Below, piece after piece: positions 50,956 through 62,124 of a stretch of 64,000 bases of DNA; position 1 is the first letter of the stretch, and the number at the start of each line of letters is the position of its first letter. The notes beneath the pieces were generated by a model. That model had not been told where the DNA came from, did not search any database, and saw nothing but the letters and a program-made list of their open reading frames with translations. Location: positions 767,216 to 831,215 of the forward strand of contig CP070751.1 of the NCBI GenBank assembly GCA_020348445.1, written 5' to 3'. This stretch comes from Thermoplasmata archaeon (GTDB lineage Archaea; Thermoplasmatota; Thermoplasmata; GCA-020350865). The position numbers and the translations under genes were made by a program.

Positions 50956-51921
50956 ATGGCAAACTCTGAGAGAGTACTTATAACCGGTATAACTGGATTT
51001 GTTGGCAGCCATCTGGCTGAGATGTTTTTGGCTAGGGGAATGGAAGTTCACGGTACAAAACGCTGGAGAAGCAAAATTGAAAATATCGTGCATATAATGG
51101 ATCAGCTGCATCTAAAGGAAGCTGACCTGCGTGATGGACATTCCCTTTTTGAGGTTGTCAAGGAGGTTAAGCCCCATTACATATTTCATTTGGCTGCCCA
51201 GTCATTTGTCCCAACCTCTTGGAGAGCCCCGGCTGATACAATGGAAACAAATGCCGTGGGAACATTGAACCTCCTTGAGGCTGTTCGCAAGGTGGGCATC
51301 GATCCCGCCATTCACATCGCAGGTTCCAGCGAAGAATATGGATTGGTATATCCTGATGAGGTTCCAATAAAGGAAACAAATCCCCTGAGGCCCTTGAGTC
51401 CATACGGAGTTTCAAAGGTTGCTACAGATAAGCTGGGTTTTCAATATCACAGATCCTATGGTATGAGAATAGTGGTTACCAGATCTTTCAATCATACTGG
51501 ACCTCGGAGGGGAGAGGTGTTCGTTACCTCGAACTTTGCAAAGCAGATAGTGGAGATTGAGAAGGGACTCCGCAAACCTGTAATCAGGGTGGGCAACTTG
51601 GATGCAAAGCGGGATTTCTCAGATGTAAGGGATGTTGTGAGGGGTTACTGGCTTTCCCTTGAAAAGGGTGAATTTGGGGATTGTTATAACATTTGCTCGG
51701 GTACAACAAGGGTCATTAAAGATGTTCTTGATATTCATTTGAAAAATAGCGAGGTAAAAGATATCAAAATCGAAGAGGATCCTTTACGTATGAGGCCCTC
51801 TGATGTGGAGATACTCCATGGGGACTGTAGCAAGCTGATGAAACAAACAGGGTGGAATCCAGAGATCCCATTCGAGAAGACGATGAGCGATTTGATGGAT
51901 TATTGGAGGGGGAGATTATAG
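50956..51921 (+). CDS. gmd: GDP-mannose 4,6-dehydratase
   Basis: ITGITGFVGSHL, HLAAQSFVP.SW, SSEEYG, SPYGVSK, FNHTGPRRG..FV and GNLDAKRDF. Confidence 0.9.
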   Translation: MANSERVLITGITGFVGSHLAEMFLARGMEVHGTKRWRSKIENIVHIMDQLHLKEADLRDGHSLFEVVKEVKPHYIFHLAAQSFVPTSWRAPADTMETNAVGTLNLLEAVRKVGIDPAIHIAGSSEEYGLVYPDEVPIKETNPLRPLSPYGVSKVATDKLGFQYHRSYGMRIVVTRSFNHTGPRRGEVFVTSNFAKQIVEIEKGLRKPVIRVGNLDAKRDFSDVRDVVRGYWLSLEKGEFGDCYNICSGTTRVIKDVLDIHLKNSEVKDIKIEEDPLRMRPSDVEILHGDCSKLMKQTGWNPEIPFEKTMSDLMDYWRGRL

Positions 51922-52110
51922 GTTATATATAATACAATTATATTAGCACATATCTGTCTCATTTTAAAATTAAAATAGAAATCAATAAAACTTCCTTTAT
52001 TATATAAAAAAGTCCTATTTTTAATAATGTAGTTCTTATTTAACGTGAATATAAAAAGATAACGTTTATTAATACACACTAAGTTTTCCCATATTAATGG
52101 TGAAAGTATA

Positions 52111-53217
52111 ATGGATTTGAAAGTATGTATAGTGAGTCCATTTTATCCTAATCCTGCAGATGTAAAAGGCGCACATATAGGCGGGGTTGAAAGGGTTGTT
52201 CAAGGTTTATCTCATTCATTAACAAAACTAGGTGTAAAAGTCACAGTAGTGGCTTCATTTTTGGAGAATAGAAAGGAATATGATAAAGATGTAGAGATAA
52301 TAAGAATTAAAAGAAGACTTACTTTATTCAGAACACCGATTTTTCCATGGCCTAAGGTAATCGATAACGGTTTTGATATAGTGCATACATTTGCAACGTA
52401 CCCTCTTTTATCCGATAAAGTTGTAACTGTCTGTAATCAAAAGAAGGTCCCCTCTGTGTTGACTTATCAATTTGATGGAGTAATACCCGGGATATTTGGT
52501 AATTTTCTCGCGAAGGTATATTACTCTACCCTTGCAAAGAAAATGATACAATACACAATAATTATAGCCACGACGTATTCGTACGCCAAACATTCAGTTT
52601 TTTTAAGGAAAGTTCCTGACCATAAGCTGAGAATAATTCCTAATGGGATGGATATCGATAAATTTAATCCTCAGGTGCAATACAAGAGTGTATTAGACAA
52701 ATACTCCCTAGATGAGGGATATGCTTTATTTGTAGGTAGACTTGTATCCTATAAAGGATTACACGTTTTATTTGAGGCAATGAAAAACTCATCTATGAAG
52801 CTGGTGATAGCAGGTGAGGGGCCACTAGAAAAAAAGCTTAAAAAATATCAAGTAGGAAAGTTCTTAGGACATGTTCCTGATAAAGATTTGCCAGCTTTAT
52901 ATAGAGGAGCGGGTGTAACATTACTACCCTCAATTAACTCCAATGAAGCTTTTGGAATGTGCCTCCTTGAATCGATGGCTTGTGGCAAGCCTGTTGTGAG
53001 TTCAGATTTGCCTGGTGTTAGAGAGATTGCTAAATTTGGCGGCATAACGGTTCCCATTGGCGATTCAGAGGCGTTATACCATGGAATTGAAAATGTATTG
53101 AAACAGAATTATGAACCCTTAGAACTTCATAATCGGATTAAGAATAACTTCTCCTGGGATATTATTGCAAAAAAGAACATTATGATATATGAAGAAGCTC
53201 ACGATAAAATGCACTAA
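52111..53217 (+). CDS. Glycosyltransferase family 4
   Basis: GGVE, LFVGRLVSYKG and EAFGMCLLESMACGKP. Confidence 0.93.
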   Translation: MDLKVCIVSPFYPNPADVKGAHIGGVERVVQGLSHSLTKLGVKVTVVASFLENRKEYDKDVEIIRIKRRLTLFRTPIFPWPKVIDNGFDIVHTFATYPLLSDKVVTVCNQKKVPSVLTYQFDGVIPGIFGNFLAKVYYSTLAKKMIQYTIIIATTYSYAKHSVFLRKVPDHKLRIIPNGMDIDKFNPQVQYKSVLDKYSLDEGYALFVGRLVSYKGLHVLFEAMKNSSMKLVIAGEGPLEKKLKKYQVGKFLGHVPDKDLPALYRGAGVTLLPSINSNEAFGMCLLESMACGKPVVSSDLPGVREIAKFGGITVPIGDSEALYHGIENVLKQNYEPLELHNRIKNNFSWDIIAKKNIMIYEEAHDKMH

Positions 53218-53284
53218 TATGAGTTACAGAATTTAATGAAAGAGAATTGAAGGAATACACCTGTATATAATATATAGGTTTATC

Positions 53285-54490
53285 TTATTCTACAGACTCA
53301 AGGACTTTTATTGTATTTTGTGCTGTTCTAAACCAGTTGAAGTTATTGACCATATGTGTTCTAGCATTTTGAGATAATTGTGCTTTCAGGATTCTATTTT
53401 CACTTAACTCGACTATTTTATCAGCAATTACTTGAAGGTTATTATCTAAAATATACCCGGTTTTTCCATTTCTTATCGTTTCCTCAGGCCCGCCACACCC
53501 TTTGAGTGCTATTGCTGGTTTGCCACAACTCATGGCTTCTACAACAACATTCCCGAAAGGTTCATGAAGTGGTGGATGATACAATAGATCGCATGCTGCG
53601 TAATATTTCCCCATATAGGACATCGGTATCCAACCTGTAAATATAACATTCTTCAAACAGTTTTCTTTTTTAAAATTTGTTTTCATCTTTTCTAAAGCAC
53701 CTTTTCCTTCATAAGTCTCGGACCCAACAATTACGAATTTAATATCATTTTTTTTCCTGATAACTCTAGGGACTATTTCCATCAGAGAATCGATGCCTTT
53801 TCTTTTTGTCAATCTTCCAACAAATAGCACGACAAAGTCATTATCAGTGATTTCATACTTTTTCCTTACTTCTTTACCATTAATATTTGGATTAAAACGG
53901 ACTGTATTTACACCATTATATATAACATGAATCTTATTAGGATTTACACCATAAACATCGACTATCCTTTGCTTCATCCATTTACTGGTTGTAATTATGA
54001 TTTTCGCTTTTTTTATCATTTTCCTATCAACATGGGCGAAAAATCTGAAGATGCCATATTTGTACATAACTCTTTGACGGAAACTATAATCAGGGTAGTA
54101 ATCTCTCCTTAAATCCTCATATATATTATGAATCTTTACGACCATCGGTTTGCTAAGTTTATCTGAGAATATTGCAGGAACGTAGCCGTATGGGGAGTGG
54201 AGATGAATGTAATCACAATTACTACTTTTATCAAGTTCTTTTAATTTTCGATAAGCATTCCACGAATAAGATAGGAAATCTGTACCTTTCATCCTATGCC
54301 ATTTAACTCGATGAATAGTTAGGTTATCATTTGCTTTATAACTCCTATTTAAATCTTTTACTTGTCCACAAATTACATGGGTATCACGTTTTAATTCTGA
54401 GATAGCATTTGCTAGTTCATAAACATGATTTGCTAATCCACCCTCCTCAAGTGGGGGGTATTCTAGGTTTACAAGACAAATTGACTTCAT
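53285..54490 (-). CDS. Glycosyltransferase family 4
   Basis: EYPP..EGG, LFVGRL..RKG and EPFGNVVVEAMSCGKP; probable ATG at 54490. Confidence 0.92.
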   Translation of the reverse strand: MKSICLVNLEYPPLEEGGLANHVYELANAISELKRDTHVICGQVKDLNRSYKANDNLTIHRVKWHRMKGTDFLSYSWNAYRKLKELDKSSNCDYIHLHSPYGYVPAIFSDKLSKPMVVKIHNIYEDLRRDYYPDYSFRQRVMYKYGIFRFFAHVDRKMIKKAKIIITTSKWMKQRIVDVYGVNPNKIHVIYNGVNTVRFNPNINGKEVRKKYEITDNDFVVLFVGRLTKRKGIDSLMEIVPRVIRKKNDIKFVIVGSETYEGKGALEKMKTNFKKENCLKNVIFTGWIPMSYMGKYYAACDLLYHPPLHEPFGNVVVEAMSCGKPAIALKGCGGPEETIRNGKTGYILDNNLQVIADKIVELSENRILKAQLSQNARTHMVNNFNWFRTAQNTIKVLESVE

Positions 54491-54524
54491 TTTCTGCACA
54501 TCTGCTGATATAGATGTCTGCTCT

Positions 54525-56339
54525 CTAGGGTGATTTATTATAGACGGCAATTCCTCGGTTTCCGCTATCATAAATTTTATCAAGATATGGACAGTTATTA
54601 AAATTATTTACTCTTTGTTGAGAAATCGGTTTAGTTGGACCTTGAACAGATGCTCTGAAGTAGCTATCTACACTATAACCTGTTATTATGAAATACCAAT
54701 TCCTTTCTGAGGTTATATTGTCTATCATACTTACCGCCGAGGTAGTATTGTCGTTGTAATATATTATCGTTGCTTCCTCAGCATTTGCCGAACTGTGTGT
54801 GTGATATAGATCATAAAAAAACAATCCACTTACTATTTTTTTATCAGAAAAAATAGCATTTCCATTTGTTATATAAGAACTACACCACTCTAATCCATTT
54901 TTCTCCCCATGCGTATATCTGTCTGGGGATCGATAATCTGGCTCAAATATTTGAAAAGTAGCAAAAAGCACGATTAATAATATTATGCTAATCGTAAGTA
55001 TTTGTCCTATCTTGAGTTTTACTGGTACTCTTTTAGGGACGTCATTATACATAACTCCAATGAGCAAGATTGATGTTAATGAGAGTATCATCCATATACG
55101 ACCGAATAGAAACATCTTTCCTAGAAACATAATAGCTACCAGTGTTGCTGAGTATAGAAGAGATCCCATGAATAAAAAGATGTAAGGAATTTCAAGTAAC
55201 TTTCTCTGCTTAATATTAATCAAAGAGCATATAAATACATATAAACCTAGTGGTAGGAGTATTAGATAACCAGCATTTATTAAGAAACGGAGATGTAATG
55301 GCGGTCCGTATCCTATTGTGTATTCCGAGCTGAAGTTGGTGTCTTTCCAAAAAAGTAAATTGAGAGAGGAGATATCCGACATATTCCAAATCAAGTAAAT
55401 TATTTGAAGTAGTATAAAAGTAAAAAAACCAATCATAAGAATTGTTTTAAAATTACGGGTCTCTCCCTTCTCATATAATAATTTTATAAGCTTAAAAATA
55501 AAAGTTGGACGATAATATAACAGAGCGTAAACTATACATAGAGGAATTAAAAATAGAATTAGTAGAATAATTAACGGGTCGATGGGAAATGGAAAGATAA
55601 TACGAATCGTGGCTCTTACTATAACAAACGATGTTGTTTTGATAATTAGTAAACCTGCTAATATGAATAATGTCAACCCAATGTGTAATCTTATTTTTTC
55701 ATTGATTAAAAGCGGAAAATACCAAAAAAAAAGTAACATCGGAAATACAAATGATTCGTAAGGATTAATAAAAAAAAGGCAGATTAGAGGTATCCACGAT
55801 AGATAAATGAATAAATGATTTTTTATTGCTATCCCTTTTCCCGTGAGAAAAATTACAAAAAGGAATAAAGTAATTGCGATTGATCTATATATCACTAGTG
55901 GAAAAGAAAATATTGGGAGCAAAATGAACAAAATTGGCAATAAAATTAGCACAAGAGAGTTGTTTTGGTGTTCTTTGTTAAATTGTCTTATTATTAAATA
56001 GAACAGAATCATATTAAGCGGGATTAATATAGGAAAGAATTGATAAAGACTCAAAATTGAGATACCTGTTACTTGAGAGATTATTGCATTAATTATCGCA
56101 GGAGTTGGATAATTATAAAGCGCCGTAATTTTGCTATCTACAGGTGTGTTTATGATGGGATTATTTGAATCGGGAACACGATTATAATCCAATATTATCT
56201 TTGAGAGGGATATATCGTAATTCCATGGATCATAATAAAGGGCGGTATATGATAAGTATTTTATGATAATAAAGATAAATATTAAGACAAAAAGATAAAG
56301 CATTATTTTCTTAATTTCAATTTTCAGCATTTTTATCAC
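54525..56339 (-). CDS. Multi-pass membrane protein (GT-C-like or polymerase-like)
   Basis: About 13 TM helices, DP...Y..P luminal loop and a C-terminal soluble domain, inside the glycan locus. Confidence 0.65.
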   Translation of the reverse strand: MIKMLKIEIKKIMLYLFVLIFIFIIIKYLSYTALYYDPWNYDISLSKIILDYNRVPDSNNPIINTPVDSKITALYNYPTPAIINAIISQVTGISILSLYQFFPILIPLNMILFYLIIRQFNKEHQNNSLVLILLPILFILLPIFSFPLVIYRSIAITLFLFVIFLTGKGIAIKNHLFIYLSWIPLICLFFINPYESFVFPMLLFFWYFPLLINEKIRLHIGLTLFILAGLLIIKTTSFVIVRATIRIIFPFPIDPLIILLILFLIPLCIVYALLYYRPTFIFKLIKLLYEKGETRNFKTILMIGFFTFILLQIIYLIWNMSDISSLNLLFWKDTNFSSEYTIGYGPPLHLRFLINAGYLILLPLGLYVFICSLINIKQRKLLEIPYIFLFMGSLLYSATLVAIMFLGKMFLFGRIWMILSLTSILLIGVMYNDVPKRVPVKLKIGQILTISIILLIVLFATFQIFEPDYRSPDRYTHGEKNGLEWCSSYITNGNAIFSDKKIVSGLFFYDLYHTHSSANAEEATIIYYNDNTTSAVSMIDNITSERNWYFIITGYSVDSYFRASVQGPTKPISQQRVNNFNNCPYLDKIYDSGNRGIAVYNKSP

Positions 56340-56517
56340 GCACTATGATTTAAAGATTTTACCTAAATTAGCATTAATCCATGCGACTATAGATCATACA
56401 TATTATAATATTTTCCTTACCCGGTGATGGCTTTTATGCAACAACATTTCTATATCTAAATCTTCTGTTTCCTGTCATTCCTCTTTTCAAAGTAATTTAT
56501 GGTTTCAAATAATACTG

Positions 56518-57678
56518 TTATACTCCTACCATTTCCTCATAAATTCCTAATAATTTTTTTGCACTTATTTCCCATGAAAAATTTTTCTCAATATGTTTTC
56601 GTGCCTTGTTGCCCATTCGACATCGTAAGTCACTATCTGATAATTTGGTTATAGCCCTAGCGATTTCGTTAGTGTTTTGCAGCGGCAACAGAATCCCTGT
56701 TTTATCATTCACTACAATCTCATTTATCGGCGGGATATTTGTAGATATTACAGGTGTACTACAAGCCATGGACTCTATAAGAGGAATTCCAAATCCTTCA
56801 TATAATGTTGGAAGGACAAATACATCTGCATTATTATAGTGCCAGATTAAGTCTTCCTCACTTATTCTGTTCGTTATCCAAGTAATCTCTCTTTCAACGC
56901 CTAATCTACCAGCTAAAGAACGTAACGAAGCCTCTTCAATCCCTCTTCCTATTATAGTGAGGTGTGTTTTGATATCACATAGCGGTAGAGCTTGGATTAG
57001 ATACTTTAATCCTTTTCGTTGAATGAGCGGGCCAATATACAATAAGTGTAAGCAATCGCTATTTTTATTATGAGAATTTGGTTGTGATCGAAATTTCTTT
57101 CCATCTACACCGGGGTAGATGACATCTATTTGGGATCCTGATACCCCCATTTGTCGTACAACCTCGCTCTTAGTTTTATTACTTATGGCGACAATTCTAT
57201 CAGAATGTCGCATAGTATGTTTATCAAAAGCATGAAGAATGTTCCAATGCACATATTTGAATAGAAAATTTTTCAGTCCAACTGATTTAATTGCTTTCAT
57301 CTCACCCTTAGCTGTTCCAAGTGCAGTGGTTACCATAACGAACTTCTTCTTTTTTCTGAGAGGGATGACAAACCATCCTTCACCACCTTGGACATGAATG
57401 ACATCGTATTTTTCTTTTTTAAGTAAATGTCTTGCATTAATTCCCTGGAAAATTATGGGGAATATCGATGGCAATCTGGGGGCAGGAACCCTATAAATAT
57501 TTACTCCGTTGAACTTTTCTCTTTCGGAAAATTTATGCCAATTTATTGTGATGACATCAAGGTTTATACCCAAATTAACCAAATATTTTGAGAGTTCAGT
57601 GACAAATCGGCACATTCCTGGAGCATGATAGCATGGGTGATAAACGCTGGATATCATAGCTACTCTCACAATATTCAC
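56518..57678 (-). CDS. Glycosyltransferase family 4
   Basis: RKGL and EGFGIPLIESMACSTP. Confidence 0.93.
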   Translation of the reverse strand: MNIVRVAMISSVYHPCYHAPGMCRFVTELSKYLVNLGINLDVITINWHKFSEREKFNGVNIYRVPAPRLPSIFPIIFQGINARHLLKKEKYDVIHVQGGEGWFVIPLRKKKKFVMVTTALGTAKGEMKAIKSVGLKNFLFKYVHWNILHAFDKHTMRHSDRIVAISNKTKSEVVRQMGVSGSQIDVIYPGVDGKKFRSQPNSHNKNSDCLHLLYIGPLIQRKGLKYLIQALPLCDIKTHLTIIGRGIEEASLRSLAGRLGVEREITWITNRISEEDLIWHYNNADVFVLPTLYEGFGIPLIESMACSTPVISTNIPPINEIVVNDKTGILLPLQNTNEIARAITKLSDSDLRCRMGNKARKHIEKNFSWEISAKKLLGIYEEMVGV

Positions 57679-58874
57679 CCGTGTTTCTCCATGGCTTCAT
57701 GATAAAGTTTGATATACTCCTTTGCTACAGCATTCCAACTAAACACTTTCTCTGCTCTTCTTCGGGCATTTTGGCCCATTTCCTTTCTCAAACCGTCATC
57801 TTTTAGTTGCTCAATAACCTGAGATAACGCTTTATTATCTCCTTCTGGAAACAGGAAACCTGTATCAGGTGTTATCACTTCATTTATTCCAGGGATATCG
57901 CTACCAACTACTGGTTTTCCGCAAGCCATTGCTTCTACCAACACTAATCCAAACGCCTCAGGTTCTGGCTCATAATTTCCGTAACAATCATTATGTACTG
58001 AGGATAGCACAGTTATATCACAGAGATTGAAATAATACGGCAAATCATCTTCAGTTACCCGCCCAACAAATACCGTTTTTTCGTTGCTTATTTTTTTCAA
58101 CAGTGATTCATATATAGGGTCTCCTCTACCAACAATAAGCAATTTGCAATCATCAAAGTGATTTATCGCGCGTATCAGTACATCTACCCCTTTATGAGGT
58201 AATAAACGTCCCACAAAAAGGACTATAAAGTCACTACCCTTTATACCGAGTCTTTCTCGTAGTTGATCAAGATGGTCTTTATCCTTTATATGTGCAAATT
58301 CATGCACTACTACTCCGCCAGGAATAATCCTTAATTTCTCCTCAGGTATTTTCAGATCGTTGATATAAAACTTCCAACTACTCTTAGATAATTGTGTAAT
58401 AAAATCAGCATGCTTAAGCAATTTAGATATAATCCTAAAGTATATATGATGTTTAAATGTGCGACCAACGCCACCTAAATGACTTACTATTATTGGTAGA
58501 TTTTGTAATTTACTCGTGTAAAGGGATGAGTAAGTGCTAAAATGCCAAAAAGTCTCAGCATGGATTATATCAAAATCGTTTTTTAATAATTCAATAGGTA
58601 GTGTAGGCATAATAGGATCGTCATCAAGAAAAGGCATAAAAAAAGCATTGAACCTCTTAATGGAGAGTATGCTATCTTTTCTAGAAGTTTGGGCTTTGAT
58701 TGGTGGTTTAGAGGTATATACCGTGACACCATTATTCAGTTTCACCAGTTCTAAGGATAAATTCAATGCATAGGTCTCTGCCCCACCACATACTTTATTT
58801 CTTGATATTTTGTAAGGTGCGCCAGTGTAATCGTAGTAGGGCGGGAAATAGGGAGTTACTTGTAATATGTTCAT
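57675..58874 (-). CDS. Glycosyltransferase family 4
   Basis: GGAE, LFVGRLLPHKG and EAFGLVLVEAMACGKP. Confidence 0.93.
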   Translation of the reverse strand: MNILQVTPYFPPYYDYTGAPYKISRNKVCGGAETYALNLSLELVKLNNGVTVYTSKPPIKAQTSRKDSILSIKRFNAFFMPFLDDDPIMPTLPIELLKNDFDIIHAETFWHFSTYSSLYTSKLQNLPIIVSHLGGVGRTFKHHIYFRIISKLLKHADFITQLSKSSWKFYINDLKIPEEKLRIIPGGVVVHEFAHIKDKDHLDQLRERLGIKGSDFIVLFVGRLLPHKGVDVLIRAINHFDDCKLLIVGRGDPIYESLLKKISNEKTVFVGRVTEDDLPYYFNLCDITVLSSVHNDCYGNYEPEPEAFGLVLVEAMACGKPVVGSDIPGINEVITPDTGFLFPEGDNKALSQVIEQLKDDGLRKEMGQNARRRAEKVFSWNAVAKEYIKLYHEAMEKHG

Positions 58875-58934
58875 TTATTATACCTCGATTAACATATCCC
58901 ATATACAATATCACTCTTAATAAATAACGGCTCA

Positions 58935-60260
58935 CTACATATTGTCTTTTCCATAATCATTCCTTCCTCGATGGCCTCTAACGATTGTACAGCATTCTCT
59001 CAATATACCAGTTACCTCTGCATTGATCCATTTTTTCATTAGATATATATCCACCAATATGATAATTGTGAATGCTATAACGCTGGCTATTGCCGCACCG
59101 ACTACTCCATATATTGGGATAAAAATTATGTTTAACACAATATTTATTATTGCAGTGCTCCACGTTAATTTTGCATCCATATCTGGTCGGCCTATTCCAT
59201 TAAATATGCTACCACTCATCGAGCCAAATGGTTTTATTAAACCCCATAATGCTAATATTTGCAAAACAATCACCGCATCAAGATATTTTGTTTCATATAA
59301 GATAAATAAGCACTCCCTTGCAAAAATTATAAAAATAAGTGAAAGAGGAATGCTGAGTAATAAAGAGTACGCTACTGATCTCTCGTAGATTTCTTTTAAC
59401 TTTTTTCGATCCTTAAGGGAATTCGCTTTTGATGCCGCCGGGAACGCTATCATATGTACAGCAGAAAGAATGATATTAGTAATATTTGAGATGACCCATG
59501 CTGCATTATATATCGCCACTGTTGTAGGACTGATAAAGTAACTCAACATTAGTGTGTCTATTCTCATATAAAGCATAGAACCAAAACCCGCAGTAACAGA
59601 GTATTTCCCAAAATGAGATAATTTACTAATCCACGCTTTATCCAATCTATTTTCAAATTTCAGAAGGTCTCTTGAAAAATAAAAACCAACAAATCCAGCA
59701 ATCCCATAGGATAATGATATAACAATAAGGACATTCATTGCAGTATCTAAAATCTTTGCATAATAAAAACAGGAAATTAACAAAATAATAGAAATTAAAC
59801 TTACACTATCTATATAAAATATTTTTTTTACTTCGTACTTTGATTGCAATACTTGTTTGAAGTAGTTGTTAATAGAAGAGACTATGATAAGAACCGGTAA
59901 AAATTGTAAAAGGGATACAAGATCGGGTATTCGTAATAGATTTGCTAGGAAAGGTGATATAATCACTATTATTGAAGACGTTATCAGAGACATAACAATT
60001 TTTAAAAAAAAGGAGTTTGTGATTACTTTCCTAAATTCTTCTCCTTCTTTTTCTGCAGCATACTTTATAAGTGCATTACCTATCCCAATATCACTAAAAA
60101 GACTGGCGAACCAAAATATGGTGAGTGAGATCATTAACAAACCATATTCTTCTTTTTGAAGGACCCTTGCTGATAATAGAACATATACAAAGCCGAATAA
60201 TGCAAATGTAAGCCTGGATGACAACGCATAAATCCCTTTTTTTGGCACATTTTCAATCAT
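58935..60260 (-). CDS. Wzx/MurJ-like oligosaccharide flippase (MOP superfamily)
   Basis: R.L..EEYG, D.LML..F......AIYNAA and LN...IP.YG..GAAIA. Confidence 0.9.
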   Translation of the reverse strand: MIENVPKKGIYALSSRLTFALFGFVYVLLSARVLQKEEYGLLMISLTIFWFASLFSDIGIGNALIKYAAEKEGEEFRKVITNSFFLKIVMSLITSSIIVIISPFLANLLRIPDLVSLLQFLPVLIIVSSINNYFKQVLQSKYEVKKIFYIDSVSLISIILLISCFYYAKILDTAMNVLIVISLSYGIAGFVGFYFSRDLLKFENRLDKAWISKLSHFGKYSVTAGFGSMLYMRIDTLMLSYFISPTTVAIYNAAWVISNITNIILSAVHMIAFPAASKANSLKDRKKLKEIYERSVAYSLLLSIPLSLIFIIFARECLFILYETKYLDAVIVLQILALWGLIKPFGSMSGSIFNGIGRPDMDAKLTWSTAIINIVLNIIFIPIYGVVGAAIASVIAFTIIILVDIYLMKKWINAEVTGILRECCTIVRGHRGRNDYGKDNM

Positions 60261-60993
60261 TTCATCATCCTTTCATTATCTTACGAAATCGATATTCATC
60301 CTAAATCAAATACATATCCACATATATACATTCGCAAGACATAATCAATTACTATTCCAGAAATATCTAATTCCAAAATAATAACGATAAAGTGACTCAT
60401 AGTAAATACTAAATCGAGTAGGAAATTCCTTCAATTGCATCAGTACTCTAAGACAAAGTCTGCCATTTTTCAAGATTCTCTCACCTCGTACCTCTCCTAT
60501 TAAGCTAAATTAATGTTGTTAATGTTCTTAATAATATCCTATTTTGGGTAAATGGTAAAGATTTACTTAATATTTTACAATAATTTACCTGGGACGATTT
60601 TAACAACTTTTTAACCTTTCAAAATCAAGCAATATCCTCTTCCGAAGAGTGATGGGGGGGGTGTTTTGAGTTGTAATTTCTTAAATGGCTAATTTTTTTT
60701 GTATCTGTATTGAAATTGATGATTTTTTTAATTTTAAAAAATATATATCTCAACTTTCACATTCATGATCCAATTTCGAGATAAATACCTCTTTTATACG
60801 GTATATTCTTGATCATCCTAAAACTTATTATATCTTAGTGTATTATCTAGAAAAGCCAATAAATTGTAATTGAAATAAACTTAAAAAGTCGAAATATATT
60901 ATACAGTTCCATCTATCTTAAAATATATGAATCTACTTTCGATAGAGAATTAAACCATTAACCAAGAAAATTTGGTCGATTAGAGGACAATAT

Positions 60994-62124
60994 ATGAAAA
61001 TATGTTTTGTGACACCAACGTTTTATCCAACCATAGGGGGGGCAGAGAATATGATTTTTGAAGTCGCCTCTCGTTTAGTTGATATTGACCATGAAGTCAC
61101 TATTATATCAAGAGGATTTGCGGGCATGAAAAAAGTTGAAAACTATAATGGAATACAAGTTCAACGAGTGTTAACAATTAATAATCCTCTAGGTATAGTT
61201 CCTCTTCAATTCTCTTTATTCAACAAATTAGGAAGAGTTATAAAAAAATATGAGCTTGTACATGAATTCTACCCCTTTCATATGGGACTCTCTACCGTGG
61301 TAAGAAAAAAGATAGCCAAGAAACCTTTAGTTTTAACTTTAGTAGGAAGTGATACATATGATCCAATAAAACCAATTCCCAAAATCTTCAATCCTTATCT
61401 GTCATGGGTAATGAATAACGCTGATGCGGTTACAGCAATATGTGGTGAGTTAACAGAACATGCGAAAGCGCAGGGTAGTAAAAAAAGGATAACCATAATT
61501 CCCGCGGGTGTAGATTTAAGAAAGTTTAATCCCAATGTAAAAGGCGATATTATTAGAAAGGACTTGAATATCAAAGAAGGAGAAATAATGGTTTTATCCG
61601 TTCAAAGATTACATCCCAGGAAGAAATTACAATGCCTACTTAAAACAGCAAGAATGGTAAATCAAAATCATTCTCAAGTAAAATTTGTTATTGTTGGGGA
61701 AGGGCCTGAACGCGAAAATCTAATTCAGATGGCTAAAAGCCTAGATTTAGAGAACAATGTGATTTTTACTGGCTTAGTACCAGAAACGCAACTCCCCAAA
61801 TATTACGCAGCATGTGACATTTTTGCATTACACAGCTTATATGAAGGTTTTGGAATGGTTTTGGTTGAGGCCATGGCAACTGGTAAACCAGTGGTTTCAA
61901 CAAATGTTGGAGCAATACCAGAGGTTGTTGACCATGGGAAAACAGGATTGTTAGTTCCACCTTTGAATGAAATGGCATTAGGAGAAAATATAATACGTTT
62001 AATTGAAGACAAAGAACTCAGAAAGAAAATGGGGAGAAATGGACTAATTAGGACACAACAAAAGTATAATTGGGATAATATAGTTAAGGAATATCTCGAC
62101 ATATATAAAAAACTGGTTAATTGA
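60994..62124 (+). CDS. Glycosyltransferase family 4
   Basis: P.IGGAE and EGFGMVLVEAMATGKP. Confidence 0.93.
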   Translation: MKICFVTPTFYPTIGGAENMIFEVASRLVDIDHEVTIISRGFAGMKKVENYNGIQVQRVLTINNPLGIVPLQFSLFNKLGRVIKKYELVHEFYPFHMGLSTVVRKKIAKKPLVLTLVGSDTYDPIKPIPKIFNPYLSWVMNNADAVTAICGELTEHAKAQGSKKRITIIPAGVDLRKFNPNVKGDIIRKDLNIKEGEIMVLSVQRLHPRKKLQCLLKTARMVNQNHSQVKFVIVGEGPERENLIQMAKSLDLENNVIFTGLVPETQLPKYYAACDIFALHSLYEGFGMVLVEAMATGKPVVSTNVGAIPEVVDHGKTGLLVPPLNEMALGENIIRLIEDKELRKKMGRNGLIRTQQKYNWDNIVKEYLDIYKKLVN

